A DNA stretch of 64,000 bases. Source: Eledone cirrhosa (taxonomy: Eukaryota). The stretch is from positions 96,968,001 to 97,032,000 of the forward strand of contig OZ024744.1 of NCBI GenBank assembly GCA_964016885.1, given 5' to 3'. Both the position numbers and the translations under genes were made by a program. The notes under the pieces were generated by a model. It saw only the letters and a list, made by a program, of their open reading frames with translations. It searched no databases and had not been told where the DNA came from. Numbering within the stretch: position 1 is the first letter of the stretch; each line of letters begins with the position of its first letter. This document shows positions 1-11,700 of the stretch, piece by piece.

Positions 1-440
1 CAAAGTTAACTTCGGCGGGATTTGAACTCAGAACGTAAAGGGACGTAAATCTACGTTGCAAAGCATGGCGCCCGACCATCCATAACAATTGTTTCTGCTT
101 TTTGGCCCAAGGCCAGCATTTACCCAGTACATTACTGGTACTTTATTTTATCGACCCCGCAAGGATGAAAGGCAAAGTTAACTTCGGCGGGATTTGAACT
201 CAGAACGTAAAGGGACGTAAATCTACGTTGCAAAGCATGGCGCCCGACCATCCATAACAATTGTTTCTGCTTTTTGGCCCAAGGCCAGCATTTACCCAGT
301 ACATTACTGGTACTTTATTTTATCGACCCCGCAAGGATGAAAGACAAAGTTAACTTCGGCGGGATTTGAACTCAGAACGTAAAGAGACGTAAATCTACGT
401 TGCAAAGCTTGGCGTCTGACCCTCTACCGATACTGCTAAT
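1..440 (-). mobile_element. Tandem ~172-bp copies of the dominant tRNA-derived SINE
   Basis: CAAAGTTAACTTCGGCGGGATTTGAACTCAG recurs at 1, 173 and 345. The reverse complement gives the B box GAGTTCAAATCC and the body motif CTTTCATCCTT-CGGGGTCGATAAAATAAAGTACCAG. Confidence 0.85.
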
Positions 441-599
441 CTGAAGCTCCACAATAATATCAAAATATTCTAATAAATATATGAAATATTTTTGGCAAGT
501 ATAAAATTATGGAGGCGATGGAGAGAAGGTCCAGTTAAATCTTGTCAACAATCTTCATACGGTTTAGATTCACAACAATTCTCTAATATCCGAAGAGCT

Positions 600-750
600 A
601 AATGTCAGCAGAAGGACATGCAGGAGTCATAACCTGGATGTGACCTGGCCCGCTTAGAGGGTAAGAAGTTTAGCGCCGAAACATTTCTATGAGGTGGGTG
701 GTTCTTCTCTGAAGACCTTCTGCTGTCCAGTTCTCCTAAATGTTTTTTTA
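600..750. repeat. Unclassified dispersed repeat (second copy ~33790-33960)
   Basis: Both copies share AAATGTCAGCAGAAGG...GCCGAAACA...GTTCTTCTCTGAAGACCTT(C/T)TGCTG and have a short terminal inverted match CAGCAGAAGG/CCTTCTGCTG. Confidence 0.6.
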
Positions 751-1505
751 ACCAATTATCTAGAAACAAAGTAACTATGAATTGAAATGTTTGTTAATCA
801 AGTATTACTTCAGATTCTAATGAAAGTGTATAGAATGCTTCAATGATAATGTAGGCGTAATAAAATAAGACTGAAAAGAGATTGACTTAATATTTTAAAT
901 ATCTTACCAAAATTACATTACGGATGTCATGTCTGAGAATATCAGAATCATGCGCCATACTAGCTGTGGAATAAGCTCTAAGTATCCAAGTAGTAAATCC
1001 GAGCATTTATCTTAAATATCTTATACGTTGGCTCTTTACATTCTGAAAACAAAACCTGCTAAGGTCAACCTTACAATTCATCCTTCCGGGATCGATAAAA
1101 ATAAAGTACCAGTCAAGTGTTAGGGTTAATTTAATCAAATTAACCCTTTCCCCAAATTTGCTGGCCTTGTGTCTAAATAAAAAATCAATATTTTATACTA
1201 ACAGAATAAAAGGTCTAGAAACTTTTTCTCGTCGTTCAACAGAAAAGCAAATTAATAAAATTTTATATTCTAAAAATCTGCATAAAATTATTGCTGTTTT
1301 AATGGTATTTAAATAAAAATTGAAAAGTTCGTTTTGTAGTGCGGAAAATATACTTCAAATTCAGAATAGAATATTTTTTCTTGGACAACAATTATGTTTA
1401 TACGATAAAAACATATTGTCTACATGTGCTGGCACACACGCACACTAACACTCACAAACATAGACACACGTTAAAGAAACATAGGCACACACATGCACAC
1501 GTATA

Positions 1506-1629
<124 letters not shown>

Positions 1630-1659
1630 AAAATTGAACGGGAACAAAACAGAGAGGCA

Positions 1660-1741
<82 letters not shown>

Positions 1742-2375
1742 AAATTGAAATAAAAAAGTAGGGTTCAAACTCTGTGTGATGGTAACATTACTGAAATGTC
1801 TATAGACTTGTAAGCGAGAATGGTACGTATACGCTCCTCGTTATGAATATGAAATACGGGAAATTGAGGGATTTTTTCCTATAAAACACTGATTCTTTTG
1901 ATGTTTTATAGATTGGAATAGATACATTAACACATACTGCTGTAGCTAAATTTAAATTTAATAATCCTTTTTATGCAGTCACCATTTATCAAAGTTACAC
2001 AACTCTTTTTGAAGCTTGTTTGATATTCTAGCTTTTCACTTCATCGATTGTCAATTTAAAAGCTATAAACAATCTCTCCAGAGGCTTATTTTGATATCAT
2101 ATGATTGTTTCTAACGCCAAAGACGATGCATCAAGTTAAACATTTCTTCTACTATGACGAAACCTGAGCATCTACGTCACTATACCCAATTACTAAAGTC
2201 CCCTTTTGAAAAGCTCAATCAACTATATCTATGTTGATTTTTTCGAGGGCTTAGAAAAGCTTAAAAAAGATGACAATGATACGTTACAATGTATGGTTTT
2301 TGTTTTTGTTTTATGCATTTCTGGTACTATGCCGTCTAAATCCATTGTATTGTATATATGTATATATATATCTAT

Positions 2376-2648
2376 CTAAGGCGGGTAAAATTCCCGAGAT
2401 CCATGGACGAGTTCTCTCCAGCGGTCTCTGTCCCTCATTATCGCTGCCATATCCTGCATCTCCAACAGACCAGTGTCTGTCCTTAGGGCATCAACATATG
2501 TTAACCTTGGTCTTCCTCTTCTAGTGTGTCCATGTAGGGGCTCCCAAAGGAGCACTGAGTGCAATGTCAACTCTGGATGTCGGTGAGCATGTCCAGCCAA
2601 CCTCAGTCTCCTCTGTGTCACTTTTGAGCTGACTTTTGGGATGCTCCC
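2376..2648 (-). mobile_element. 5'-truncated RTE-clade LINE 3' fragment in (TA)n
   Basis: Translation KVTQRRLRLAGHAHRH...WEP...RRGRPRLTYVD...DRDRWRELV is typical of the RTE/RTE-X ORF C-terminus. It is nearly identical to 3116-3390. Confidence 0.8.
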
Positions 2649-2657
2649 ATATATATA

Positions 2658-2796
2658 TATATGAATAAAAATAGACCGAGAAACAAGAATGTCCATTATC
2701 AGTAGTCTGCTGATTATCATTGGTATTGCTTTGCATAATAATCAGCAGACTACTGATGACGGACATTCGTGTTTCTCGGTCTATTTTTATTCATAT
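2658..2796. repeat. Fold-back inverted repeat with a degenerate hammerhead-like CTGATGA
   Basis: The ~60-bp arms (ATATGAATAAAAATAGACCGAGAAAC.../...GTTTCTCGGTCTATTTTTATTCATAT) are complementary. The right arm has AGACTA-CTGATGA-CGGACATTCG but no GAAA. Confidence 0.7.
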
Positions 2797-2827
2797 GTTC
2801 ATATTCGCAACAACGCAGCATGCCATT

Positions 2828-2902
<75 letters not shown>

Positions 2903-2903
<1 letters not shown>

Positions 2904-3086
2904 ATATAGAAAGGTTTCTACAAGACTAGAACTTTTTTTCGAGAGAAATAACTAGGAAGCCTGATGATTTCTCCCGAATGAAACAGTTCTAGTCCTGTAG
3001 AAGCCTTTCTATATTAAATATTTATACTATGCTTTGTATTGGGTACCTTACTTACTGTGGTTACCCCCGATTGAACCCGGGATAAT
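2903..3086 (+). mobile_element. Family-A hammerhead fold-back element (PLE-derived, non-autonomous)
   Basis: CTGATGA(2961)-TTTCTCCCGAAT-GAAA-CAG-TTCTAGTC-CTG-TA-GAAGCC is preceded by a decayed inverted copy and followed by the tail GTACCTTACTTACTGTGGTTACCCCCGATTGAACCCGGG. The tail is shared with copies near 4260, 27570, 30055, 40170 and 50655. Confidence 0.75.
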
Positions 3087-3115
3087 CTTATATATATATA
3101 TGTATATATATATAT

Positions 3116-3521
3116 CTAGGGCGGGTAAAATTTCCGAGATCCATGGACGAGTTCTCTCCAGCGGTCTCTGTCCCCTCATCAACGCTGCCATGTCCTGCGT
3201 CTCCAACAGACCAGTGTCTGTCCTTAGGGCATCAACATATGTCAACCTCAGTCTCCCTCTTCTAGTGTGTCCGTGCAGGGACTCCCAAAGGAGCACTGAG
3301 TGCAGTGTCAACTCTGGATGTCGGTGAACATGTCCAGCTAACCTCAGTCTCCTCTGTGTTACTTTCGAGCTGACTTTTGGGAGGCTCCCGTACAGGTCTG
3401 AGTTCTTCATCCTCAGTGTATACTGATTAATGTTCAGAGCCATCCTCAGCATTCTCGTGTAGCACCCATCCACCATCTGAGTGAGATTCTTGGTCAGTGT
3501 CATTGTCTCAGACCCATACAT
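3116..3521 (-). mobile_element. 5'-truncated RTE-clade LINE 3' fragment
   Basis: The ORF reads [10 protein letters not shown]...DGCYTRMLRMALNI...RRLRLAGHVHR, containing the RTE-type YGSE motif. It is flanked by TA repeats. Confidence 0.85.
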
Positions 3522-3652
3522 ATATATATGTGTGTGTTTGTCTGTGTGCGTGCGTATATGTTTGAGTGTGCATCAGTGTGTGTGCGTGTCTGTGTATTGT
3601 ATGGGGACTCAATGTACAGGTAGAGTGTATATAAAAAAGTTCGTTTAAATAT

Positions 3653-3775
<123 letters not shown>

Positions 3776-3804
3776 AAAGAATAGAGGTGTAACACACAAG
3801 TTAT

Positions 3805-4228
3805 TATATATTGGTAAACGGAATAGAAAATGCTGACAAATTGTTCACAGTTGAAAAATGGTTTAATTAGGAATAAAAGAGTATTAGTGATTGTATGGGT
3901 TAGTATTCAGTTGTGGTTTTAAGTTTTTAAGTTTTTACCGGTTGCGCATTTCTAAATGCTTTTCAAAAATAATTTTGAGAAAGAGTGTCCGTGCTGTTTG
4001 CTCTGATCAAACATATCGGGTTTTCATCTGAGCAAACAACACGGACACTCTATCTCAAAATTATTTTTGAAAAGCATTTAGAAATGCGCAACCGGTAAAA
4101 ACTTAAAAACTTAAAACCACAACTGAATACTAACCCATACAATCACTAATACTCTTTTATTCCTAATTAAACCATTTTTCAACTGTGAACAATTTGTCAG
4201 CATTTTCTATTCCGTTTACCAATATATA
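3805..4228. repeat. Near-perfect palindrome, ~200-bp arms
   Basis: 3805-4006 is the reverse complement of ~4027-4228. The left flank (3770-3850) recurs at 15548-15625. Confidence 0.9.
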
Positions 4229-4525
4229 TATATATATATTTTTTTATTTTTTTATTTTATAGAAGGAGCTTCTACAGGACTAGTGCTGTTTCATTCAGAT
4301 GAAATCTTCAGCCATGTATTGAGTACCTTACTTACTGTGGCTAAACCCGGGACCTACGTATATATATATATATATATATATACATATGACAAAGAGGGTG
4401 TGGTAAGATACCTGGTGGGCCATAATGCACCAGAGTATTCGATACTTGGGGTAGTAGTGGGGGCTTAGTTTAGATCTAGCTGTCGAAACGGCCGGAGCTC
4501 AGCCGTAGCGGTCCTGAATCTTTTC

Positions 4526-4559
<34 letters not shown>

Positions 4560-4561
<2 letters not shown>

Positions 4562-5382
4562 CAAAATAAGATGCTGAGGTTACATATATCGTTTAATTAT
4601 TATAGTTATTTCTACGGTTCTCCATGCAATAGAGATGTCCTTCATGCATTTGTTGTTGTTACGAGAACGGTCTCCTCAGATGAAAAATCCGATTTGTTTG
4701 TTATGTCGCTGGCAGAAAAAAAACACACGCCTTATTGCTTGTGTGCCCAGCAGACATATGAGGTCCTTGCCAGCCGTCGTGTTTGCTAGAAAAAAGCTAT
4801 CAACGAAAAAAACGAAAAACGAAAAACCCTATGTAGCGAAAGTAAGTGTTTACTGTAGCTGTTGCTTTAGTTGTTGTTGTCAGTAGGGAAGTAATATCAC
4901 ACCGACTATTGCTGCGGCCAGTGTGGACGATATTGGTGGGCGGTTTGCTGTTATTGTCGTTATTGCTGGTTGTCGTTGTTGTTATTGTTGTTGTTGTAGT
5001 TGTAGTTGTTGTCTCTAGGTGGTTGTCAACAAAATATATACTCCATCCTCCCTCAGAGCTCCATTTATTACTTTCACTGTCTACTAGGTTTTGGCTAACA
5101 TACGGTTTTTCGTTTTTCGTTTTTTTCGTTGATAGCTTTTTTTCTAGCAAGTACGACGGCTGGCAAGCCCTTCAAAGAACTCATCATATGTCTGCTGGGC
5201 ACACAAGCAATAGGACGTTTTTTTCCTGCTAGCGACAAATCAAACATATCGGGTTTTCATCTGAGGAAACCGTTCTCATAATCAACAGCAAATGCATGAA
5301 GGACATCTCGATTGCATGGAGAACCGTGGAAATAACTATAATGATTAAACGATATATGTAACCTCAGCATCTTATTTTGTTA
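4560..5382. repeat. Inverted repeat, ~275-bp arms with ~260-bp spacer
   Basis: AACAAAATAAGATGCTGAGGTTACATATATCG... at 4560 pairs with ...CGATATATGTAACCTCAGCATCTTATTTTGTT ending ~5381. The arms are visibly diverged. Confidence 0.85.
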
Positions 5383-5455
5383 TTTTTTTAAAATTCTCTA
5401 TTGTAACTAAAAACAACGATTGTTGTGAGTTTTCTCCTGCCTACTCCTGTTTTTA

Positions 5456-5499
<44 letters not shown>

Positions 5500-5502
<3 letters not shown>

Positions 5503-5707
5503 GTAATAATAATAAATGTGAAGACTAAAAATCCAAAGAGGTCCCGATAAAGATAAATATATATCAAATATATAAGAACCGTAGAGCAAATATTTATTAA
5601 AATAACAGATTAATGTTTAAGCAAAGAATCGCTGCTCTCACCCTTAACGGGATCTTCAGGGTGAAAGCAGCGATTCTTTGCTTAAACATTAATCTGTTAT
5701 TTTAATA
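5500..5707 (-). mobile_element. Solo pLTR end of the 16731-20610 Penelope-like family, folded back at its hammerhead
   Basis: 5500-5657 matches 16731-16887. The minus strand reads CTGAAGA-TCCCGTTAAGGGT-GAGA-GCAGCGATTCTTTGC-TT-AAAC. An inverted arm occupies 5658-5707. Confidence 0.85.
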
Positions 5708-5730
5708 TATATATATATATAAACATATAT

Positions 5731-5766
<36 letters not shown>

Positions 5767-5949
5767 TTTAAACTGATATATCCCTTTTTCATTCATTCTA
5801 TTTTGGTATTTAAACTCTGCGATTCCTCTTGATACCAGTACCAAGTAGTAGCAGACATCTTCCGCCCCTTGTGTCGAGACAACTTCACTTTGGGACCGCA
5901 GTGTCACATTGAATGTAGAGCCTGCTTTATACGTGCATTAATTGCCTTG

Positions 5950-6110
5950 ATTGGCAGTATCGGTAGAGGGTCGGACGCCATGCTTTGCAGCATAGAGTTC
6001 AAATCCCGCCGAGGTTAACGTTGCTTTTAATCCTTACGGGGTCGATAAAATAAAGTACCAGTAATACACTGAGATAATTGCTGGCCTTGTGCCAAAAGTA
6101 GAAACAATTA
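5950..6110 (+). mobile_element. tRNA-derived SINE (dominant family)
   Basis: A box TGGCAGTATCGG, B box GAGTTCAAATCC, body GGGGTCGATAAAATAAAGTACCAG, end GGCCTTGTGCCAAAAGTAGAAACAATT. Confidence 0.85.
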
Positions 6111-6217
6111 ATAGCAAATAGCTTTGCTATTCCTACCAAATGTTTCATGTTTTTACATGTACAACTCCGATAACGTTACACACTTTCTTTGAGTAACTGT
6201 TTACTTACCAGCGGGAC

Positions 6218-6333
<116 letters not shown>

Positions 6334-6353
6334 TTTTCTCCCTCTTTTTCCCT

Positions 6354-6385
<32 letters not shown>

Positions 6386-6423
6386 GTCTATATATATATA
6401 TCTCCCTTTCATCTATCTGTCTA

Positions 6424-6534
<111 letters not shown>

Positions 6535-6592
6535 CTATATGTCTATATATATCTCTCTCCCTTTCATCTATCTGTCTATCTATCTTTCTGTC

Positions 6593-6653
<61 letters not shown>

Positions 6654-6904
6654 CTATCTATCTATCTATCTTTCTATCTATATCTATCTATCTGGGATGG
6701 ACACACGCGTATAACTTGCTGAGTAAGTTCTGTTTAAATTTCTATAGAAATTCTTGTCTGATAACTTTAATTTTTGTACCATTTTGTAGAGGGACTGCCA
6801 GGTCAAACTTTGATCTGGTCAGTCTCTCAAAATATTCTACGCCTTTAGGCGAAATAGTTAAAAAAAAAAAGTTTTTTCTTGTTGAAAAGTCAATATTTTT
6901 TTAA

Positions 6905-8686
6905 ATGGCCGAAGCTTCTTCACCAAAATTCGAAGGAGGAAAGGGGAAGATGAACTTACAGCTTCCCCCTGCCACTGTCACAGTAGCAGAGGTCAAGAAG
7001 ATAGGTCAGCCAGAGGAAGAATTCTCTCCACCTGTTAACCGACAACTTGACGTTACCATGGCAACAACCCAAAGAACCAACAGCAACAACAACAACAATG
7101 CGACGGTAGAAAACAACACCAATAACAATAACAATAACAACAACAAGACCAATAACGGTGACAACAACAACAATGATAACAACAACACCACCAACGACAA
7201 CAACAACACAAACAAACAAAATTTCTCCTTCGCCGAGACGACAAGGAAAACCCTCGACTATCTGCCAGTAGATATAACAAAAGCGAAGGAGCTACTGGCG
7301 GATGCGAAAAAATATATAGTGTACGGGGAAAATGGTTCATTCACAATCCATTCCCCCCCGGAACTAAAAAGCCAGAGACTCCTAAACACGGTCATGTTTA
7401 GGACAATCTCGAACAAAAGTAAAAAACCAGCTCAACCATCACAGAGCGAGATAGAGCTGGTTTTAAAAGACGTCATGAAGGACATCACCTTCATTCAGAA
7501 GGATAGACTCTACGGGAGTCTATCCATTCTCATGAAGGACAGGGACACAGCAGTGAAACTGTCCATCAAACCAATCACATCCACCGCATACACCTTCTAC
7601 CCTACGTACATGGGTAGAAGAACACAAAAAATAAAAATCCACACCATCCTGCCGATTATGGACATATGGTGGGTTTTGACAGGTTTTCTGGACCTGGAGG
7701 ATGACATGCTGGTGTCCATGGGAAAGGCATCGGGTGACGCGTTCAGTGGAACGAGCCTCGAACTTGTAGTTCAAATGAGGCCCGAAAGGATCGCCCAGAT
7801 CCCTGAACGCGTCATACTGGATGATCTAACCTTCATCAACATTACCGTTGAGGGTAGACGGCCCTCGTGTTACCTCTGCGGAACCAGAGGTCACCTGAGG
7901 GCTGTCTGTCCCCAACTTAATAAGAAAACCCCAATCCTGCCTACACCACCAACAACTGCACAACCAACACAATCACCACAACAACCACTACAAAAACAAC
8001 CACCACAGCTCAAACCAAAACAAAACAATGTCCAACCCATCCCCTCCACTCAAAAAACAAAAACAATTCCCAAAACACCCGTACCGCAAACACAACCCGA
8101 AAATATACCCCTCCCCTCCAACGCGGAAGATGACCCTAGTTCGTCGTCAGACGAGGAGGAGCACTTCCACACAATCAAAAGAAAAAAAAGAAAACACACC
8201 TCAGACACACAAATGAAAAAAACCCCTCCCCAAAACATAACACTGACACCAACACAAAAGAGCTCACAACAGCAAACAAAAAACACCACACAAAAACAAA
8301 AACATGCATACACATACATAAATACAAGAAACAAAAAACTGTTAAACATTGTGTACAACAACAATCTAATAAAAACACAAGGGCCTAACTTCACCCAGGC
8401 AGGGGATTTCCCCCACCTCAAAATGATTAAGGCCCCACAGGACACCTATAAAACTTTAAAAAACAATTTTAAAGAGGACGTGGGTCCCCCCTGCGTCGGG
8501 CCCATTAACCGAGTCCTCCTAAAAAACTATCCCACCCCCTCCCCAAACACCCTCACAACTCCAAGCTCCCCAACCACACAACACACTGATGCCCCCACAC
8601 TTCCACAAACCACCACCCCACCCAACAACCCATCCCCCACCCTAATGGAAATTGTGCAGCCCGATACCCGGGACGCAGAGAGGTAA
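6905..8686 (+). CDS. LINE ORF1 (gag-like nucleic-acid chaperone)
   Basis: 593-aa ORF with a CCHC knuckle CYLCGTRGHLRAVC preceded by ITVEGRRP, plus poly-N and P/T/Q-rich linkers and a basic KRKKRK patch. Confidence 0.9.
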   Translation: MAEASSPKFEGGKGKMNLQLPPATVTVAEVKKIGQPEEEFSPPVNRQLDVTMATTQRTNSNNNNNATVENNTNNNNNNNNKTNNGDNNNNDNNNTTNDNNNTNKQNFSFAETTRKTLDYLPVDITKAKELLADAKKYIVYGENGSFTIHSPPELKSQRLLNTVMFRTISNKSKKPAQPSQSEIELVLKDVMKDITFIQKDRLYGSLSILMKDRDTAVKLSIKPITSTAYTFYPTYMGRRTQKIKIHTILPIMDIWWVLTGFLDLEDDMLVSMGKASGDAFSGTSLELVVQMRPERIAQIPERVILDDLTFINITVEGRRPSCYLCGTRGHLRAVCPQLNKKTPILPTPPTTAQPTQSPQQPLQKQPPQLKPKQNNVQPIPSTQKTKTIPKTPVPQTQPENIPLPSNAEDDPSSSSDEEEHFHTIKRKKRKHTSDTQMKKTPPQNITLTPTQKSSQQQTKNTTQKQKHAYTYINTRNKKLLNIVYNNNLIKTQGPNFTQAGDFPHLKMIKAPQDTYKTLKNNFKEDVGPPCVGPINRVLLKNYPTPSPNTLTTPSSPTTQHTDAPTLPQTTTPPNNPSPTLMEIVQPDTRDAER

Positions 8687-8710
8687 GTGCCTTTTCTCTT
8701 CACCACCAAC

Positions 8711-11700
8711 ATGGCTATGCTAAGAGTAGGCTGTTTAAATGCGCGTGGCCTGGGCTCAACTTGGAAGCAAGCAATGCTTCTAAATGACCTCAGGTCACAA
8801 CGTATAGATGTGATGGTTATTTGCGAGGCCCGGATCAGCAACGTGCGACAGCTGGCCCCCACCTTTGATGACTTTGAGATGCACGCATCTCTCTGTCAGC
8901 CTGGAGGTGGGGGTGGAGTTGTCGTTCTGCTGCAAAAACATCTGGGTCTCGCAACACAGATGGTACATTTGGACCCGGAGGGTCGACTAGTGGTTCTGGA
9001 CCTTGGCAGTGGTAAAGGCGGAGCGTTTAGGTTGGTAGCCGCCTACGGCCCTTTCGGGTCAATGCGGCCGGACTTCTTCCATCGTCTGGAGACTTTTCTA
9101 GGGACGTCCCGCTCCTTGCTATTAGTGGGGGACTGGAATGGTATCCTAGATGCACGCTGGGACTACGTAGGGGCCTGCCCCGATAGAGAGGGGTGTAATA
9201 GCCTCAAAGGGTTAATCGGTCGATTTGACCTGGCCGATAGATATCGACTAGATTTTCCGACTGCGCCAACCTGGACTTGGGCAAATCGTAGCGGATCATC
9301 TAGGTCGTACCTAGATAGGTTCTTAGTTAGAATTAAGGATAAGGACTTTTTAAGTTGTCCAAAAATGCGCATTGTTGGCTATTCAGACCACAAATTAGTG
9401 ACCTGCATGGTCAACCTTGACAGAACTCATAGACAGGGCCCCGGTTACTGGAAGCTCAACTTGTCCTTGCCGGCAAGTAGAGCCTACAGGAATCGGATTA
9501 GTACGTTAGTTAAGGAACGGTTGACTGGAGCGATCGTCAACAGCAGGTGGTGGGTATCTCTAAAGAGAGAGATTAGAGTAGTCTCGATTGAATTTAGTAA
9601 GGTTCTAGCTGCGGATAGGAATAGGAAGGAAAGGGAGCTAATAGATAGAGTAGAAGAGGCAATTAGAAGCGGCGACGTGGCCAGAGTGCTAGCGTCGAGA
9701 ACGGCTTTGAGCCAGTTTTTCGACGCGAAGCACGAAGGCTGCGTTGTCCGAAGTAAAATACGTGCTCTAGGGAACGAGGGGACCAAAGCTGTTAGCTGGG
9801 CCCGCGTGACAGAGGCCAACAGTGGAACTAAATCCACCATCCGGTCTTTGCGAGACCTGGATGGACGGGCGATTCTTGAGCCTAAGCAGATGTGTGAGGC
9901 CTTTCAAAGGCACTTTGCCCGACTGTTCGGGAGGGGCGGGGAGCCGGTTGGGAACGTGGACTTCGGTCCATACCTCGACGGCCTGCCGCGCCTCTCGGAC
10001 AGGGAGGCGAAGTCCTGCGAGGAGCCGATTTCGGCCGCTGAGATAGAGGACGTGCTGAGCCAATGCGGCAAACGCAAATCCCCGGGTCTCGATGGTCTTC
10101 CTTACGAATTATATCTAGCTATGCCGGACTTGTTCCCCGATCTCCTCGAGGCGGTCTACTGCAACTGGCAACAGAACGGGAGAATTCCCTGTACTGTGAC
10201 CAAGGGCGTAGTCACGCTAGTGAGGAAGGACGAGAACAAGGGGGACGAAATAAGTAACTTCAGGCCCATAACACTGCTAAATACAGAGTTACAGATTTTG
10301 GCCAAGGTGCTAGCAAAGAGGTTGGCGCTTGTCGTGGGCAAACTGGTGGGAGATGCGCAGACATGCGCTATCCCGTCCAGGTCCATCCATGACAACCTCC
10401 ACCTCATGCGATACATCATAGAGAGGGTTGGGAACGAACCCGGCTTTGGTGGGGCTCTGATCAACTTGGATCAATCTAAGGCGTTCGATAGGGTCGACCA
10501 TGGTTACCTGGATGCGGTGCTAGCGGCGGCAGGCTTCGGACCCGTTTTCAGGGGCTGGATCACTGCTATGCACAGCAGCCGCATCTGCTCTAGGGTCAAG
10601 GTGAACGGCTACCTCTCGGAGCCGTTCAAAATCGCGCGGTCCATCCGACAAGGGTGCCCTCTCTCCTCCCTTCTGTATGTATTGACTCTCGAGCCACTAC
10701 TGCGGAAGTTGGAGTTGTTGCAGGGCATCCCTTTGGAACCGGGATTGCGGAAAGCGGTGTCGGCCTACGCCGATGACGTGACAGTAATGGTGTCGACGGC
10801 CTCCGAAATCGAGGCGGTCGGCACCTTACTGGAGGAGTACGAAAAGTTCACAGGGGCTAAGCTGAACCGGGACAAGTCGATCGGTTTGCAACTCGGCACG
10901 TGGAGGGGCAGACCGATGCCCTCCGATAGCGTCGTCGGACGCTGGACGGAGGGCCCGGTGAAGTTGCTCGGGGTCTGGTTCGGACCGGACCTCCAGGTGG
11001 AGAAAAACTGGGCGGAGGTTACGAACAGAGTGTTTGCACTGACCCAGAAGTGGGCCAGTTGCAAACTATCCCTTAAAGGTCGGGCGGAGGTGGCGAACAC
11101 CTACATAGCGTCCGTCATCTACTACCGCCTGACCGTAGTGCCCTGCCCAAGGGAAACCCTCACCAAGATGGAGCGCGCGCTCTTCCAATTCCTTTGGAAG
11201 AGGCGGGCTCCTATGGTGAGGAGATCCATCTGCTGTCAACACCCTTCGAAAGGAGGGCTGGGGATGCCGTGGCTAATGATGCGTAAACACGCATTAAGGC
11301 TACGGCACCTCTACGTATTCCTCACCGGACAACCGGTGTGGGCCTCGTTTATGAGACGAACCTTTCCCAGACTCGTCTCACTGACCGAGCTGCAATCCTG
11401 GGTCAAGCAAAGACCGAGAAAACTGGGCGCCTGGCACACTGCGTGTGCCCAGGCGCTCACCGCCCTCTGGCAGGCGGATCCGGTTATCAGTGGAGACTCC
11501 ACCGCAACATTCTATAGAGGGCTGGTACGCAGCAGGTGCGACGACGCCCTCGGAGAAGCCCTAGACATGGAGGAGGACGAACTGGCCAGCCTTTTCGGTA
11601 GGACATTCAGCCCGGGACCTATGGACAACTTCCAGAAGTCCCTGGCCTGGCAGTGCTACCGAGGGGCTTTACCCGTTCGAGAAAGGCTCTACAGACACGG

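Noticed and set aside
670-750. Type II hammerhead order (GAAA...CTGAAGA) here and at ~33870-33935
   Set aside because: Neither copy has a UH triplet after the putative stem III, and stems I and II are unconvincing.
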